From Octopus sinensis (Eukaryota): a stretch of DNA of 64,000 bases. A program made the position numbers and the translations under genes. Location of the stretch: positions 26,598,001 through 26,662,000 of the forward strand of contig NC_043012.1 of NCBI RefSeq assembly GCF_006345805.1. Direction: 5' to 3'. This document shows, piece by piece, positions 11,316 to 23,590 of the stretch (position 1 is its first letter; every line of letters begins with the position of its first letter). The notes beneath the pieces were generated by a model. It saw nothing but the letters and a program-made list of their open reading frames with translations, was not told the origin of the DNA and did not search any database.

Positions 11316-11498
11316 TAATGGTTTGAAATTTTGGAAGAAGGTCAGCAATTTTAAGGAGAGGAGTCAGTTGATTACACAGACACCGGTCTCAACTGGTGCG
11401 TGTATGTATGAAAGGCAAAATTGGCGTCGGTGGGATTTGAGCACAGAATGCCGCTAAGCATTTTGTCCAATTCGTTAATGATTCTGCAATCTCGCTGC
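11316..11498 (-). mobile_element. SINE B2, decayed
   Basis: Reverse complement of tail AATGGTTTGAAATTTTGG..AGGTCAGCAATTTT and head CCGCTAAGCATTTTGTCC..GATTCTGC. Confidence 0.65.
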
Positions 11499-12289
11499 AC
11501 TGAAACAAAATCTATGAATAAATTACATAAAAATGCCAAAAATAAGTTTCTCATATAAAATATATTTTGACACCTTGTGTCGAGGAAGCCCAGAAGTCCA
11601 GAGTTTTTTAGAACCCACTTAAAAAAAAAATACAGCAATAAACCATTGACGCACGTACAGTTCTTTGGAGCTATTTATGTTTTAACCTTTCTCTGATGGT
11701 AGCCATGTTAAAATGGTATTTGCGTAGGCAACCTTACTGATTGATTTATTACTCATAAATCTTGATGACCATCAGAGATCAAACAGATAGCAACACAATT
11801 TAGATGTAAATACAGAAAAAGAAAAAAATATTTATCTCTAAATAACGAAGTTAATATTCTGTGTTTATAATCTTATTAATAAAGAATTCAGCAACTCCAG
11901 ACGCTTAGCAGTTCACCGCCCCGCAATCGGTTGACCAAACAACGAACAGAATTTATGATTTCTGTTCTATAACGCCTAATCTATGTTCTGTGATACCTAC
12001 TTTCTCTGAAGATAAGGTTAATTATCCGAAGAATATAATCTTAATGACAAAAAATAAAAAAAGCCGCAAACAATTAATCTCAGACAATGAAACCAATTCA
12101 TTAGACATTGAAAGTAATTTTGAGATATTGAATAAATAATACGTTTAGAGAGAAACTATATTTTATTTGTTTATTCTTATCATATTGGAATAATTCTTAT
12201 TATTCTGAAGATATTTGCCTGGCAAGTGATTTGAGCTGAGAGTGTGTTGACATTAAAACAATTACAGCGAAGAAGACACATAATATTGA

Positions 12290-12502
12290 TTACAAATTTT
12301 GGCACAAGGCCAGCAATTTCTAGTTAAGGGGAAAGTCGATTTCATCGACCCCAGTGTTTAAGCTGTTTTTGTATTTTATCGACCCTGAAACAATGAATGG
12401 CAAAGTAAACATCGGAAGGATTTGAACTCAGAACCTAAAGAAGGACGAAACGCCGCTAAGCATTTTGTCCGGTGTGATAACGAAACTGCCAATTTACCAC
12501 CT
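12290..12502 (-). mobile_element. SINE B2, decayed
   Basis: CAAATTTTGGCACAAGGCCAGCAATTT..ATCGACCCC..GGATTTGAACTCAGAAC..CCGCTAAGCATTTTGTCC. Confidence 0.7.
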
Positions 12503-13210
12503 TAGACAGGCATATCATATTAGCCATTCGGAAACACACAGGGACTATTAACTACACTTAAACTATATCATTTGGGTGTGAAAATTTTCGTCTCACAAAC
12601 TGCATCCTGGTCACTGCAAACTGCATCCTGGTTATGTGTTGTAGTGTAGTGTTTGTAGAAAATAGCTGACAGAATAGCTCCTCTCTTTTGAAAACAAAAC
12701 TGTACTCCTGTACATAGTTTTAGCTACCTAGGTTCTTAACTGTAGTCAATTAACTGGAGTAACATTGAGACCAATTCAGTGACCAGATCAAAAATAGTGT
12801 GACTAAAATTTTTTATCTCAAATAATAAATAAATGCAGTTTATAGACTTAAATCATCTTTGATGTGATATAAGGAAGATTTGGCTGCTACTTTGGGCAGG
12901 TCGTTCGGCTACAAAAGGCTATCTTCGTTGTTTCGTTTAACTGTTGCTTTTGCATCAGTTATTGATAATCTTCTCGTAACCGTTGATACTGCTGTTGTCC
13001 TTATAATTAACATTTTCGTCACCGCTTGAGCTCTTCAATGTAATTATAACAGATTGTGCTTTGAGCTTCGTCCATTAATCTAATTTTCGTTTCAACTGGT
13101 GTTTAAAGCTGTTTTTGTATGAGAAATAAAATTACAGGGACGTTTAAGTTTGTTCTCCATTGAGATTCAACTACGTCCATTGCGACCAACGCATGTTATT
13201 ATATATATAT

Positions 13211-13269
<59 letters not shown>

Positions 13270-13280
13270 TATATATATAT

Positions 13281-13482
13281 ACTCTTTTACTCTTTTACTT
13301 GTTTCAGTCATTTGACTGCGGCCATGCTAGAGCACCGCCTTTAATCGAGCAACTCCACCCCGGGACTTATTCTTTGTAAGCCCAGTACTTATTCTATCGG
13401 TCTCTTTTGCCGAAACGCTAAGTAACGGGGACATAAACACACCAGCATCGGTTGTCAAGCAATGCTAGGGGGACAAGCACAG

Positions 13483-13513
<31 letters not shown>

Positions 13514-13678
13514 CATATATACGACGAGCTTCTTTCAGTTTCCGTCTACCAAATCCACTCACAAGGCTTTGGTCAGCCCGAGGCTATAGTAGAAGACACT
13601 TGCCCAAGGTGCCACACAGTGGGACTGAACCCGGAACCATGTGGTTGGTAAGCAAGTTACTTACCACACAGCCACTCC
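13281..13678 (-). mobile_element. SINE family A, full length
   Basis: Head at 13678; tail (CTTTTA)n at 13281. Confidence 0.9.
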
Positions 13679-15514
13679 TTATAACTATAATTAAGGCAGC
13701 TAGACGTAATTTAAAATGAAAAAGGAAATAATTCACCGTCACTAACAAGTGACCGGGGCTGCAAGGAGCACTGGCATCCCTAGAAATAAGAGATAGAGAC
13801 TCTTTAGTCAAAGAAAGCACATGTTCTATATAATTGACAGGGGAGACAACCTCCCCACCGCAAGCCAAGGGCATTAGATTAGTATGCTAATTTCGTATAG
13901 AAAATCATAATCATTTGTAGCGCTTACTCCATTGCGCGTATATGTGGTGTGTGTATGTGTGTGTGTGTGTCTGTGTATGTGTGTGTATCTATGTGTCTAG
14001 CTATCTCCACCATCTACACACACAGACAAGCGCATGCGTACACACACGCATACACACACACACATAACACAAAAACGGTTTTCTAACTATCCCAAGTATA
14101 CGTTTCAACCACTTGTGTGTGCGTGTGTGCGTATTAATGTAGAATATAGAATATATGGTATAAATAGTATATATAGTGTAAAATGAAATGAAGTATTGAT
14201 TGTCTTATTGAGTAGATGAGATATTGAATATAAAATATTAAGGGACTAGTATACCTTCTTGCATTAAAGCAGTCTTCAAGGTCCCAGGTTATGACAGGAG
14301 TGTTTCAACTGTGAAACACTCCTGTCACAAAGATAAAGAAACCACGTATTTAATTTAGCAACATTTTTAATTGTTTTTCTTACACAAAATCAAACAAAAT
14401 TCCTAAATTATTCGTCGTTGGTAGCCGCGTATACGACTATGTCATTGTTCATTGAAATCATGGTGCGGCATAACTCGAGGTAGTAGTGAGAGAAGAGACT
14501 TTCCTGCATGGAAAACAGTAAATCTTCGTCAAGAAATTCCTGCCCAAACCTGCGCATACATGTGTAGATGCATGGTGATCATTAACCGATAGAGATTTCT
14601 ACCAGTCCTGCTAACCACACAGATTATATCACGATATATCAAAGGAGAAGAACAGAGCATAAATACAATTGCAAAAACAAATGAAATGAGACGAAAATGG
14701 TTTGTCTCTTTTGTTCGATACAGAAACCGCAGTCGAGGAACTATCTTTTGCGGCGTTTTCACAATTTGCAGACCAAATTGATATTGATGTTATGAAAAAT
14801 ACAATTATGGCCTAATTACTGAGTGTTTATAGACTAATTATCGGTTGTTAGTGATAATTTAGAGTCCAGCTGCGAGTTCTTAGAATACGAGTGTTTAGAA
14901 TTTTGCTTCAGATCTAACTCTAATAAATATTAACTGAAATACATTACTAAGGAATTCAGACACATTTGACACCTATATAATCTGTGTTTTTACAATAATA
15001 TTCAGACAGCAAAAATGCAATAATACATATATACAATTATTTATTCATTAATACACGTTCGTACGCTAGGGAATGCGACAGTTTAGGAAGGTGCCGAAAT
15101 CGCTGTCGTGGAGCGTGGACAGCTGAATGGTTTAACGAAGGAAATGTGTCTCAATACAAGCTAATCTGAACAAATATATACAAATATACATTTTACACGC
15201 GCGCACACACAGACACACATAGTACACGCGCGCACACAGACATATACTCACATATAGTAGTATCGACAGTTTCTGTAGGAAGTCAGAAATGAAAGGGAGT
15301 GCTCTATATAGACAATAGAAATGAATGATATTAGTATAGTCTACAGCAGTGGGTCCCAAAATTGTCCAGACTAACGCAACTTCTTCAACACTTTCACCCT
15401 AAAAAATGTTCCGCACCATGTTTATTGTGATAAGAAGGTACTTGAAGTAAAATTGACGTTTCTCGTCATCTAATCTTAGTAATGTTTATAGAAGTGTCGT
15501 TCTGAATAGCATTT

Positions 15515-15666
15515 TGGCTGTGTGGTAGAAAGCTTGCTTACCAACCACATGATTCCGGGTTCATTTCCATTGCGTGGCACCTTGGGTAATTGTCTTCTAC
15601 TATAGCCTCGGGCCGACCAAATCCTTGTGAGTGGATTTGGTAGACGGAAACTGAAAGAAGCTCCAC

Positions 15667-15701
<35 letters not shown>

Positions 15702-15957
15702 AATATATGTATATATATATATATATATGTATGTATATATGTAGGTGTGTGTATATGTTTGTGCATCTATGTTCGCCCCCCCATCGCTTGGTAACCGATG
15801 GTGGTGTGTTTACGTCCCCATAACTTAGCGGTTCGGCAAAAGAGAATGATAGAATAAGTACTAGGCTTACAAAGAATAAGTCCTGGGGTCGATTTACTCG
15901 ACTAAAGGCCGTGCTTTAGCATGGCCACAGTCAAATGATTGAAGCGAGTAAAAGAGT
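15515..15957 (+). mobile_element. SINE family A inserted in the hAT 3' region
   Basis: Full family A sequence. Confidence 0.9.
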
Positions 15958-16952
15958 ATACATATAATTAATGTGAAGGATAAATTTGGTGCTTGGTTAA
16001 GAGTTCTTCAATACTGGGCTTCGTGGCAATAAGGCGTTGCCGCAGGTCTGCTCTCTGTACAATATCCAGACGATTTCTCGACTGGTTGAGAATCTGGGAC
16101 ACCAAGCTGAAATTTCTTTCAGCTAAATACGAGCTTGGTGGGAAAGCAATAAAAAACGACTTTGCCTTTTCTCACAATGCAGGAAATGTTTCTGGATTAG
16201 TGGACAGGAGCCAAAATTCTTGGTATACGTGCAGTTAAAAAAAAAACGGTTTTAATTCAAAATCACTTCGCGAGTCAACAAGTTCTCTCTCGATAGACCC
16301 TTCCATATCGATAACTGTGATCTGAAAAGGGTTCAAGATCCAAAGTGGATTTTCCAGATCTGACAAACCCTGAAAACGCAGTTTCATGTCAACTTCAACG
16401 CTCTTGTGATGCTCTGGGAAAAAGACAAGCGTATCAAAGATGGGCATTCTCCTAGTTCTCTAAGGCTTGGAAATCGACCGAAGCCTTTGCGTCCAATATT
16501 TCGCTGGTAAAAGGGCAGATTCATGATGAAACTAGAGATGGTAGATTTGGAGGTTCAGGTTGTTGAACTTCGGGAGAATGTCAGCCAAGTAGGCAACATG
16601 GGGCTTGATGGCTGCGAATTGTTCTGCTAGCGACGAATCCACTGACTGTAAGAAATAAACAATGCAGCCAAAGAGCGAGAAAAGGCGAGCAAGGCAGTTT
16701 CCTCTAGAAAGCCATCGCAACGGGTGAGCTTTGATTTTGTTCACAGCCGCAATCACGGTGATCAGTGAAGCGTTTAGAGGTGCAGTGATGTTTTTGGCGA
16801 CTAAATGTCGTCGATGTATGATGCAGTGAATGACCATAACGTTCGGGACAGCTTGCTTGAGATATGCAATGAAACATCGGGACCGCCCAACCACAGATGC
16901 AGCACCGTCTGTTGCACATGCAAGAATATTTTTCATTGGTATTTCTTTCTAC

Positions 16953-17182
16953 AGCGGCGAGCTGGCAGAAACGTTAGCACGCCGGGCGAAATGCTTAGCG
17001 GTATTTCGTCTGCGTTACTTTGTGAGTTCAAATTCCGCCAAGGTCGACTTTGCCTTTTATCCTTTCGGGGTCGATAAATTAAGTACCAGTTACGCACTGG
17101 GGTCGATGTAATCGACTTAATACCTATGTCTGTCCTTGTTTGTCCCCTCTGTGTTTAGCCCCTTGTAGGTAATAAAGAAATA
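16953..17182 (+). mobile_element. SINE B1 with 15-bp TSD GGTATTTCTTTCTAC (16938-16952 / 17183-17197)
   Basis: Exact direct repeat; removing it restores the transposase text KEIPMKNILACATDG. Confidence 0.92.
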
Positions 17183-17451
17183 GGTATTTCTTTCTACTTC
17201 AAAAATTCCTGCACAGTACGAAATATAGTGTGTCCTTTAGTTTCCATGGCGCAGGCAAACAGCAGTTCTTAGTATAGTTTTCCGCCACAAATGAATCGTA
17301 CATAAACCTAGAGCAGATATACGTAGTTGGACAAAGTTGATTCATCTAGTTGCAGGCTAAACTCTGTGTTTTGCAAAATGTTGTAAAGATTTTCTTCAGT
17401 ATCGCCGTCCATTTCGTCAATGCGCCTCTGTACGGTATTATTGCTCAAAAA

Positions 17452-17683
17452 AGGTGGCGAGCTGGCAGAAACGTTAGCACGCCGGGCGAAATGCGAAGCC
17501 GTATTTCGTCTGTCGTTACATTCTGAGTTCAAATTCCGCCGAGGTTGACTTTGCCTTTCATCCTTTCAGGGTCGATAAATTAAGTACCAGTTACGCACTT
17601 GGGTCGATGTAATCGACTTAATACCTATGTCTGTTCTTGTTTGTCCCCTCTATGTTTAGCCCCTTGTGGGTAATAAAGAAACA
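17452..17683 (+). mobile_element. SINE B1 with 18-bp TSD GGTATTATTGCTCAAAAA (17434-17451 / 17684-17701)
   Basis: Exact direct repeat; removing it restores KAIFLSNNTVQRRIDEM. Confidence 0.92.
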
Positions 17684-18546
17684 GGTATTATTGCTCAAAA
17701 AGATAGCTTTCAAAACTGGTTCAGAATTTGTCTTCAGAGCAATTGTCATAATTTCACGAATGACTGGAGCGACCAACTTTGCCTGCCTTGGCAATAATGA
17801 GAGCAATATTGTAAGAGGCGCGTAGGCCATAGTCATTGTTATGTGCCTGAGCGGCAAACATGTCATGTAAAGTTTTGTTCTTGTCACATTTGTCACGCAA
17901 GGCTTTGGAATAGTTCACATTTTTATCAGCTTTATTGCGATGCAACTTCTTACAATGCTCGCTTAATCTCGAAGGCTTCATGGCTTCGCTTGAGAATGTC
18001 TTCTCACATATCAGGCAAAACGGCAATTTCTCGCTGTGAGGTGATGGAATAAAGCCGTATTTCAAATATTCGACATTATATTGCCGGCGTTTCTTCTTCG
18101 CTCCTGCGTCTGCCATTGTCGAGGACTATAAAAAATAGAGAAACTTTTAAAGAAGGCTTAAACTAAGTGAAGGAGAATAAGAAAGACATTTTACTAGTTG
18201 AGTGAAACTGGAAAGAATTGAAAAAGAACGTTAGAGATATTTCTCACACATTGGTTGAGAAATCAACACCGACGGCACAACGAGAACACTAAGAGCTAAC
18301 TAGTCAAAGCTAAGCTTTTGGCACCAAGCAGCGGACAATCGAAAACGCGGCGTTAAACTGTATTACTGCTTTTCCACACCCTTTTCTCAAGTTTTACTCC
18401 ATTGCTCCCACCTTCTGGCTATCCTTTAGCCATCTGCCGTCCACCTAACGCCCTCATAACCTTTCAGTGCACCCTTAGAAACTTTCGCCGCCCCACTTTG
18501 GAAACTAGCAGTCAACGGTGCAGTTCAGGAAATATAGATTTGTTTA

Positions 18547-18651
<105 letters not shown>

Positions 18652-18667
18652 GTCTATCTATCTATCT

Positions 18668-19911
18668 AAAGGAGGGCTGGGCATGCCGTGGTTGATGATG
18701 CGCAGACACGCGCTGAGACTGCGACATCTCCGGCTCTATGTAGACGACGGTGAACAGGTGTGGTCGCCGTTTGTGAGGCACGCATTCCCGCAACTCGTCT
18801 CCATGACCGAACTACAGTCGTGGATCAAAAAGAGGCCGAGGAAGGGCGATTGGCACCGCGAGTGTCGCGTTGCTCTCAAGCAACTCTGCCGTCCCGGGTC
18901 GACCTTGAGTGACTTCAACACAACCAAAGCATTCTATAGGGGATTAGTGGAGGGGAGGTACGACGACGAGCTCGGGGCGAACCTGGGCGTCGACGAGGAA
19001 TACCTGACCCGCCTGTTTTAAACGACTTTCGGCCCGGGACCTATGGACAACTTCCAGAGATCCCTGGCCTGGCGGTGCTACCGAGAAGCGCTGCCCGTTC
19101 GGGATAAGCTCTATAGGCATGGCTCGAGAAACACGGGGCCGACCTGCCCGAGATGCGGTCAGAGCGACGAAACCGATCTGCACACAATCGTGCAGTGTCC
19201 AGCAATTTCCGACCTGTGGGCTTATGTCGAACGACTGCTGTCACGTGTGGGACGTGTCGGTTTATCAGCCGAGTCTATCGTTAATATCGTCACGCCTCCT
19301 TCCTTCAAACGGGAAGGAAGAGCTATTGTTATCAAACTTGTGGCTATGGCGAAAGAATGTATCTGGTGGACGCGCCTGAAAGGATTAGAGACAAACACTT
19401 TCCTCTCTGGTCAATCTCTCATCAACTTCTTCAAGTATCACTTGAAGAGGAAAGTGAGAGTAGAGAGGCAAGTTTTGTCTAGTGAATGTTTTAAAAAAAG
19501 ATGGGTGAATGTAGCAAGGATGGCACGTATGAATGACGAAGCCACCTTGACTATGATTCTATGAACCATAAAAATTAATACAGAGAGTTGCTTATTTGCA
19601 AAAAAAAAAAAAAAAAGAAATATAACATGTGACTTCATTGACCGAGGTTACCGTGGTCTTTTCCGTAGGCTTTTCTTTCCACGGGTAAACCTCACCTGTC
19701 CTCCCCTTTACACTTCATATTGACATTTCTGTGATAACGATCCCTATTATTCATTTTTTAACCCCTCCCCTTTTTTTTTGTCCTTTTTCTTTCCTTTTAC
19801 GATCCCTTTTGATCGAAAACCACCACTCTCCTTTTTTTACCCCCAAAAGAAAAGCTCTACCTTGTAATTTGTTCTATCTGTGTGCAGCCCTGTGTGGCTA
19901 ATAAAGAAACA
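18668..19911 (+). mobile_element. L1-clade (Tx1-like) non-LTR retrotransposon, 5'-truncated ORF2 end + 3' UTR, embedded in (TATC)n
   Basis: GGLGMP..RRHALRL, then zf-RVT-like WRCYREALPVRDKL..CPRCGQSDETDLHTIVQC; one in-frame stop at 19019-19021; ORF ends 19564; UTR ends AATAAAGAAACA. Confidence 0.85.
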
Positions 19912-20400
<489 letters not shown>

Positions 20401-21019
20401 TACGTACGTAGGAGAAAAAGTTGTTTGCAAATGGTGTTTCACGTTACCTTAGTGCAGTTCGAGATGACGAAAATCGTCGGTTAGAATCAGTTTGAAATCT
20501 ATTCTATTTATTTATTTTTTTTATGTTTATTAATTGCAGATTATGGATTGATATATTTCTAAAGTGGGAAAAAGAACATCGACCAATGGCGGTTCATGAT
20601 CCGAATCCGGAGTGGGATCTATGATTGCTTTTAGAAGACTGTGCTGAGAAAAATTCGTTTAATTATACATTATGTAATAATGCTGAATTACTCTATTTCG
20701 ACCCTTGCCTTTGAACTGTGATGAGAAGGTTTCCATTTCCAATATGGTCTGAAGCAAGATGAAAGGACATCTGTACCAATCAATAATATCTTGCGAACAA
20801 GGATGTTCAATAATTTGGACTGACGTTTGGACCAGTAGAAATGGTAATGATTACATTTCGGAAAATGAACGATAGTTTCAGATAAGATGAAGAGTTTTAT
20901 GGTATTAAGAGACTGAATTCTTTGCTCAACTCAACTCAACAGGCAGACAGACAATACATCATACGATACACATATACGAAAAATTGATGCAGCGCGTCGC
21001 AGTAGATCGATTATGACAG

Positions 21020-21223
21020 CTTGACAATGATGATGATGACGATGATGATGATGATGACGACGATGACGACGGCGTCGGTGGTGGTGGTGGTGGTGGTTTG
21101 CGGTGGGGGCGGTGGCGGCGGCGGCGGATGCAGCGGCGATGGTGGTGGTGATAGTGGCGGCGGTGGTGGTGGTGATGGTGGTGGTGGTGGTGGTAGTGGT
21201 GGTGGTGGTGGTGGTGGTGGTGG

Positions 21224-21293
<70 letters not shown>

Positions 21294-21340
21294 GGTGGTG
21301 GTGGTGATGATTATGATGGTGACTACGACGACAACTATAA
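21020..21340. repeat. Compound (GAT)n/(GGT)n/(GGC)n trinucleotide tract
   Basis: Direct reading. Confidence 0.9.
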
Positions 21341-21354
21341 GTGAAAAGTTATGA

Positions 21355-21790
21355 CGATTCCTTTGTCTGAAAACACAATTCCTTCACAGAAGAATAATTG
21401 ATATGTCGGCTGATATTGTAATGTGAGTTTCCGATGTATACGAAGAATTCTAAATTTGCTATTCAACTTGATGAATGGGCAGACATTAGAGAAATAACAC
21501 AATTACTTGTCTCCATCAGATTCAATCACAATGAAGATATAATAATCACAGTTTCTGTTCTGTAAAGAACTCAAAGAATATAAACCCGAGAACAAAATAT
21601 CTACCAAACTTTGAGAATCAGAAATTAAGATTCCAGAGTATTTTTATTTTGAATTTTTACGGATAGTGTACCACATATGGTACGGCATGCAAGAGGCTTG
21701 ACAATATTCTTCAAAAAGAAAAATCCATATAGGATGTGGGCTCGAATCGTTTGGCACAAAGGTACATTATTCATCAAAACCCTTGTGACA
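21355..21790 (+). pseudogene. Second, more decayed Buster-type hAT transposase fragment
   Basis: Frameshifted IPLSENTI..RRIIDMSADI..FAIQLDE.ADI..QLLVSIRF..IFTDSVPHMV..GL..FKKKNP. Confidence 0.7.
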
Positions 21791-21963
21791 CATTTGAAGT
21801 CGAATCTAAATCAAACTGTATGCATTTTAAAGATGTAGGCATTTGTTTAACTCAACATTGATATGAACTTAGAGGGTTTGTGGCTCTTCTAGTTAAACAG
21901 AAAATGCTTATATCAGGTAGCAGAAATGAAGGACGAGTTAAAAGAATTTACCGTAGGAAATTT

Positions 21964-22119
21964 AGGCGTAGGAGTGGCTGTGTGGTAGCTTACAAACCAC
22001 ACGGTTCCGGGTTCAGTCCCACTGCGTGGCACCTTGGGCAAGTGTCTTCTACTATAGCCACGGGCCGACCAAAGCCTTGTGAGTGGATTTGGTAGACGGA
22101 AACTGAAAGAAGCCCATCG

Positions 22120-22190
<71 letters not shown>

Positions 22191-22421
22191 ACGTATGTAT
22201 GTATGTATGTGTGTATATGTTTGTGTGTCTGTGTTTGTCCCCCGACATCGTTTGACAACCGATGCTGGTGTGTTTACGTCCCCATAACTTAGCGATTCGG
22301 CAAAAAGAGACCGATAGAATAAGTACTAGGCTTACAAGGAATAAGTCCTGGGGTCGATTTGCTCGACTAAAGGCGGTGCTCCAGCATGGCCACAGTCAAA
22401 TGACTGCAAGAAGTAAAAGAG
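21964..22421 (+). mobile_element. SINE family A, full length
   Basis: A-box TGGCTGTGTGG, B-box GGTTCAGTCCC, GGCACCTTGGGCAAGTGTCTT core. Confidence 0.92.
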
Positions 22422-22801
22422 ATGAAGAGAACAGAATTGGAAATGGAAATGATTTTACATGTCCCTTGTGGAGAGAATAATTTGTGTGTGAAAATGGTTT
22501 ATTTGTCCGATGTCTTTTTCGCTGGTTGAATACGTTTGATGCCAGTATGCAATTTCGTCTTAGTTACAGACAAATTAATAGCTTTAAAAACAAATCTTCA
22601 GCGACGCCATAAAATATTAAAATACTCCGCTGCTAAAAAGGCTTTAAAGCGAGCAAAGAATTGTACGGTCTGTATTTCACATCGTTGTGTATACAACAAT
22701 AAGTCTCAAGATATCTTTGTGAATTCCATCTGTTCACGTATAACGTTGGATGATGAAGAGCAAATGACCTTCATTTCGAGTCATTACAACTTGAAAATAT
22801 A

Positions 22802-23364
22802 TTGGGTTGTTCGGAAATGTCATGCTGATTTTTAAAGGAAAGAAAAAGGTCAATAAATACTTGCTATTGAATTTTTAATCAACCAAATATGAACCATTTT
22901 GTTGCACAATGTGTCTCCATCTTTTCAACTTGAAAATACCCTCTTCCCAGAATTGAGGTGGTTTCATAGCAAAGAATTCATCAAGGTATCTTTTTACGTC
23001 ATCCAAGGAATTGAAATTTTTACTATTAAGACTATTCTGCAGAGACCTAAATAAGTGGAAATCCGAAGAAGCAATATCTGGTGAATATGGAGGGTGGGGG
23101 TAACACATCCCAGCCCAGCTGCAGCAATTTTTGTCTGGTTCCCAAAGCATCGAGTGCCGAAAATGAACTTTCTTATCTTCCATTTTAAAGGGTTACAGAG
23201 TTAACACAGGTTATAGGAACATAAACCTTCTTCCATGAAAAGATAATTTAAACTGTGCTCTAATTGGAGGTGTAGTCAAATCCTATTTTATGTACTCAAC
23301 CATGTTTTAAAATAAGTCGAAATGTAAGCCACTATAAATCGGCACGAACTCTGCGGACAACCTA
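22802..23364 (-). mobile_element. Internally deleted mariner (DD34D) element with imperfect ~30-bp TIRs and TA flanks
   Basis: ORF fuses the N-terminus MEDKKVHFRHSMLWE to the C-terminus HPPYSPDIASSDFHLFRSLQNSL..W..IVQQNGSY; TIRs TTGGGTTGTTCGGAAATGTCATGCTGATTT vs rc TAGGTTGTCCGCAGAGTTCGTGCCGATTT. Confidence 0.85.
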
Positions 23365-23590
23365 TAATTTGGCACTAGTGTACCAATGATCACTAATGTG
23401 AAACAGAAACCAAGTTTCTGTTCAAGTGCTTTATCCACTCTTTGTACAGTTTCCTACAATACATTGTAATAAACAAATATTTTCAGTTCTAAATAGACTG
23501 ACGGTTTACATATCATACAATGCTTCAACGTTTCATCTATTGTGTAAGCATTACAAAAAATATCAACAAGTGAGGTAACGGTGGGATTAG

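Larger units (their letters stand above)
15347..18510 (-). mobile_element. Buster/Charlie-type hAT transposon, near complete; decayed transposase ~18116-15970 interrupted by SINEs
   Basis: BED finger (RQYNVEYLKYGF..CLIC..AMKPSRL..H..LH), LSNNTVQRRIDEM, FSLQLDEST, CATDGAA..HCIIHR, RWLSRGNCLARL, SSYLAERNFS..RNRLDI..HQIYPSH*; terminus CAGTGGGTCCCAAA at 15347 preceded by GTCTACAG (nnnTAnnn); the far end TTTGGAAAC near 18500 is degenerate. Confidence 0.9.

Noticed and set aside
20700-20870. Possible RTE C-terminal relic (..MV*SK..LYQSII..IIWTDVW)
   Set aside because: Too degenerate to support without a profile search
21021-21354. Gly/Asp-rich ORF
   Set aside because: Pure (GGT)/(GAT) microsatellite with no flanking coding context or splice evidence
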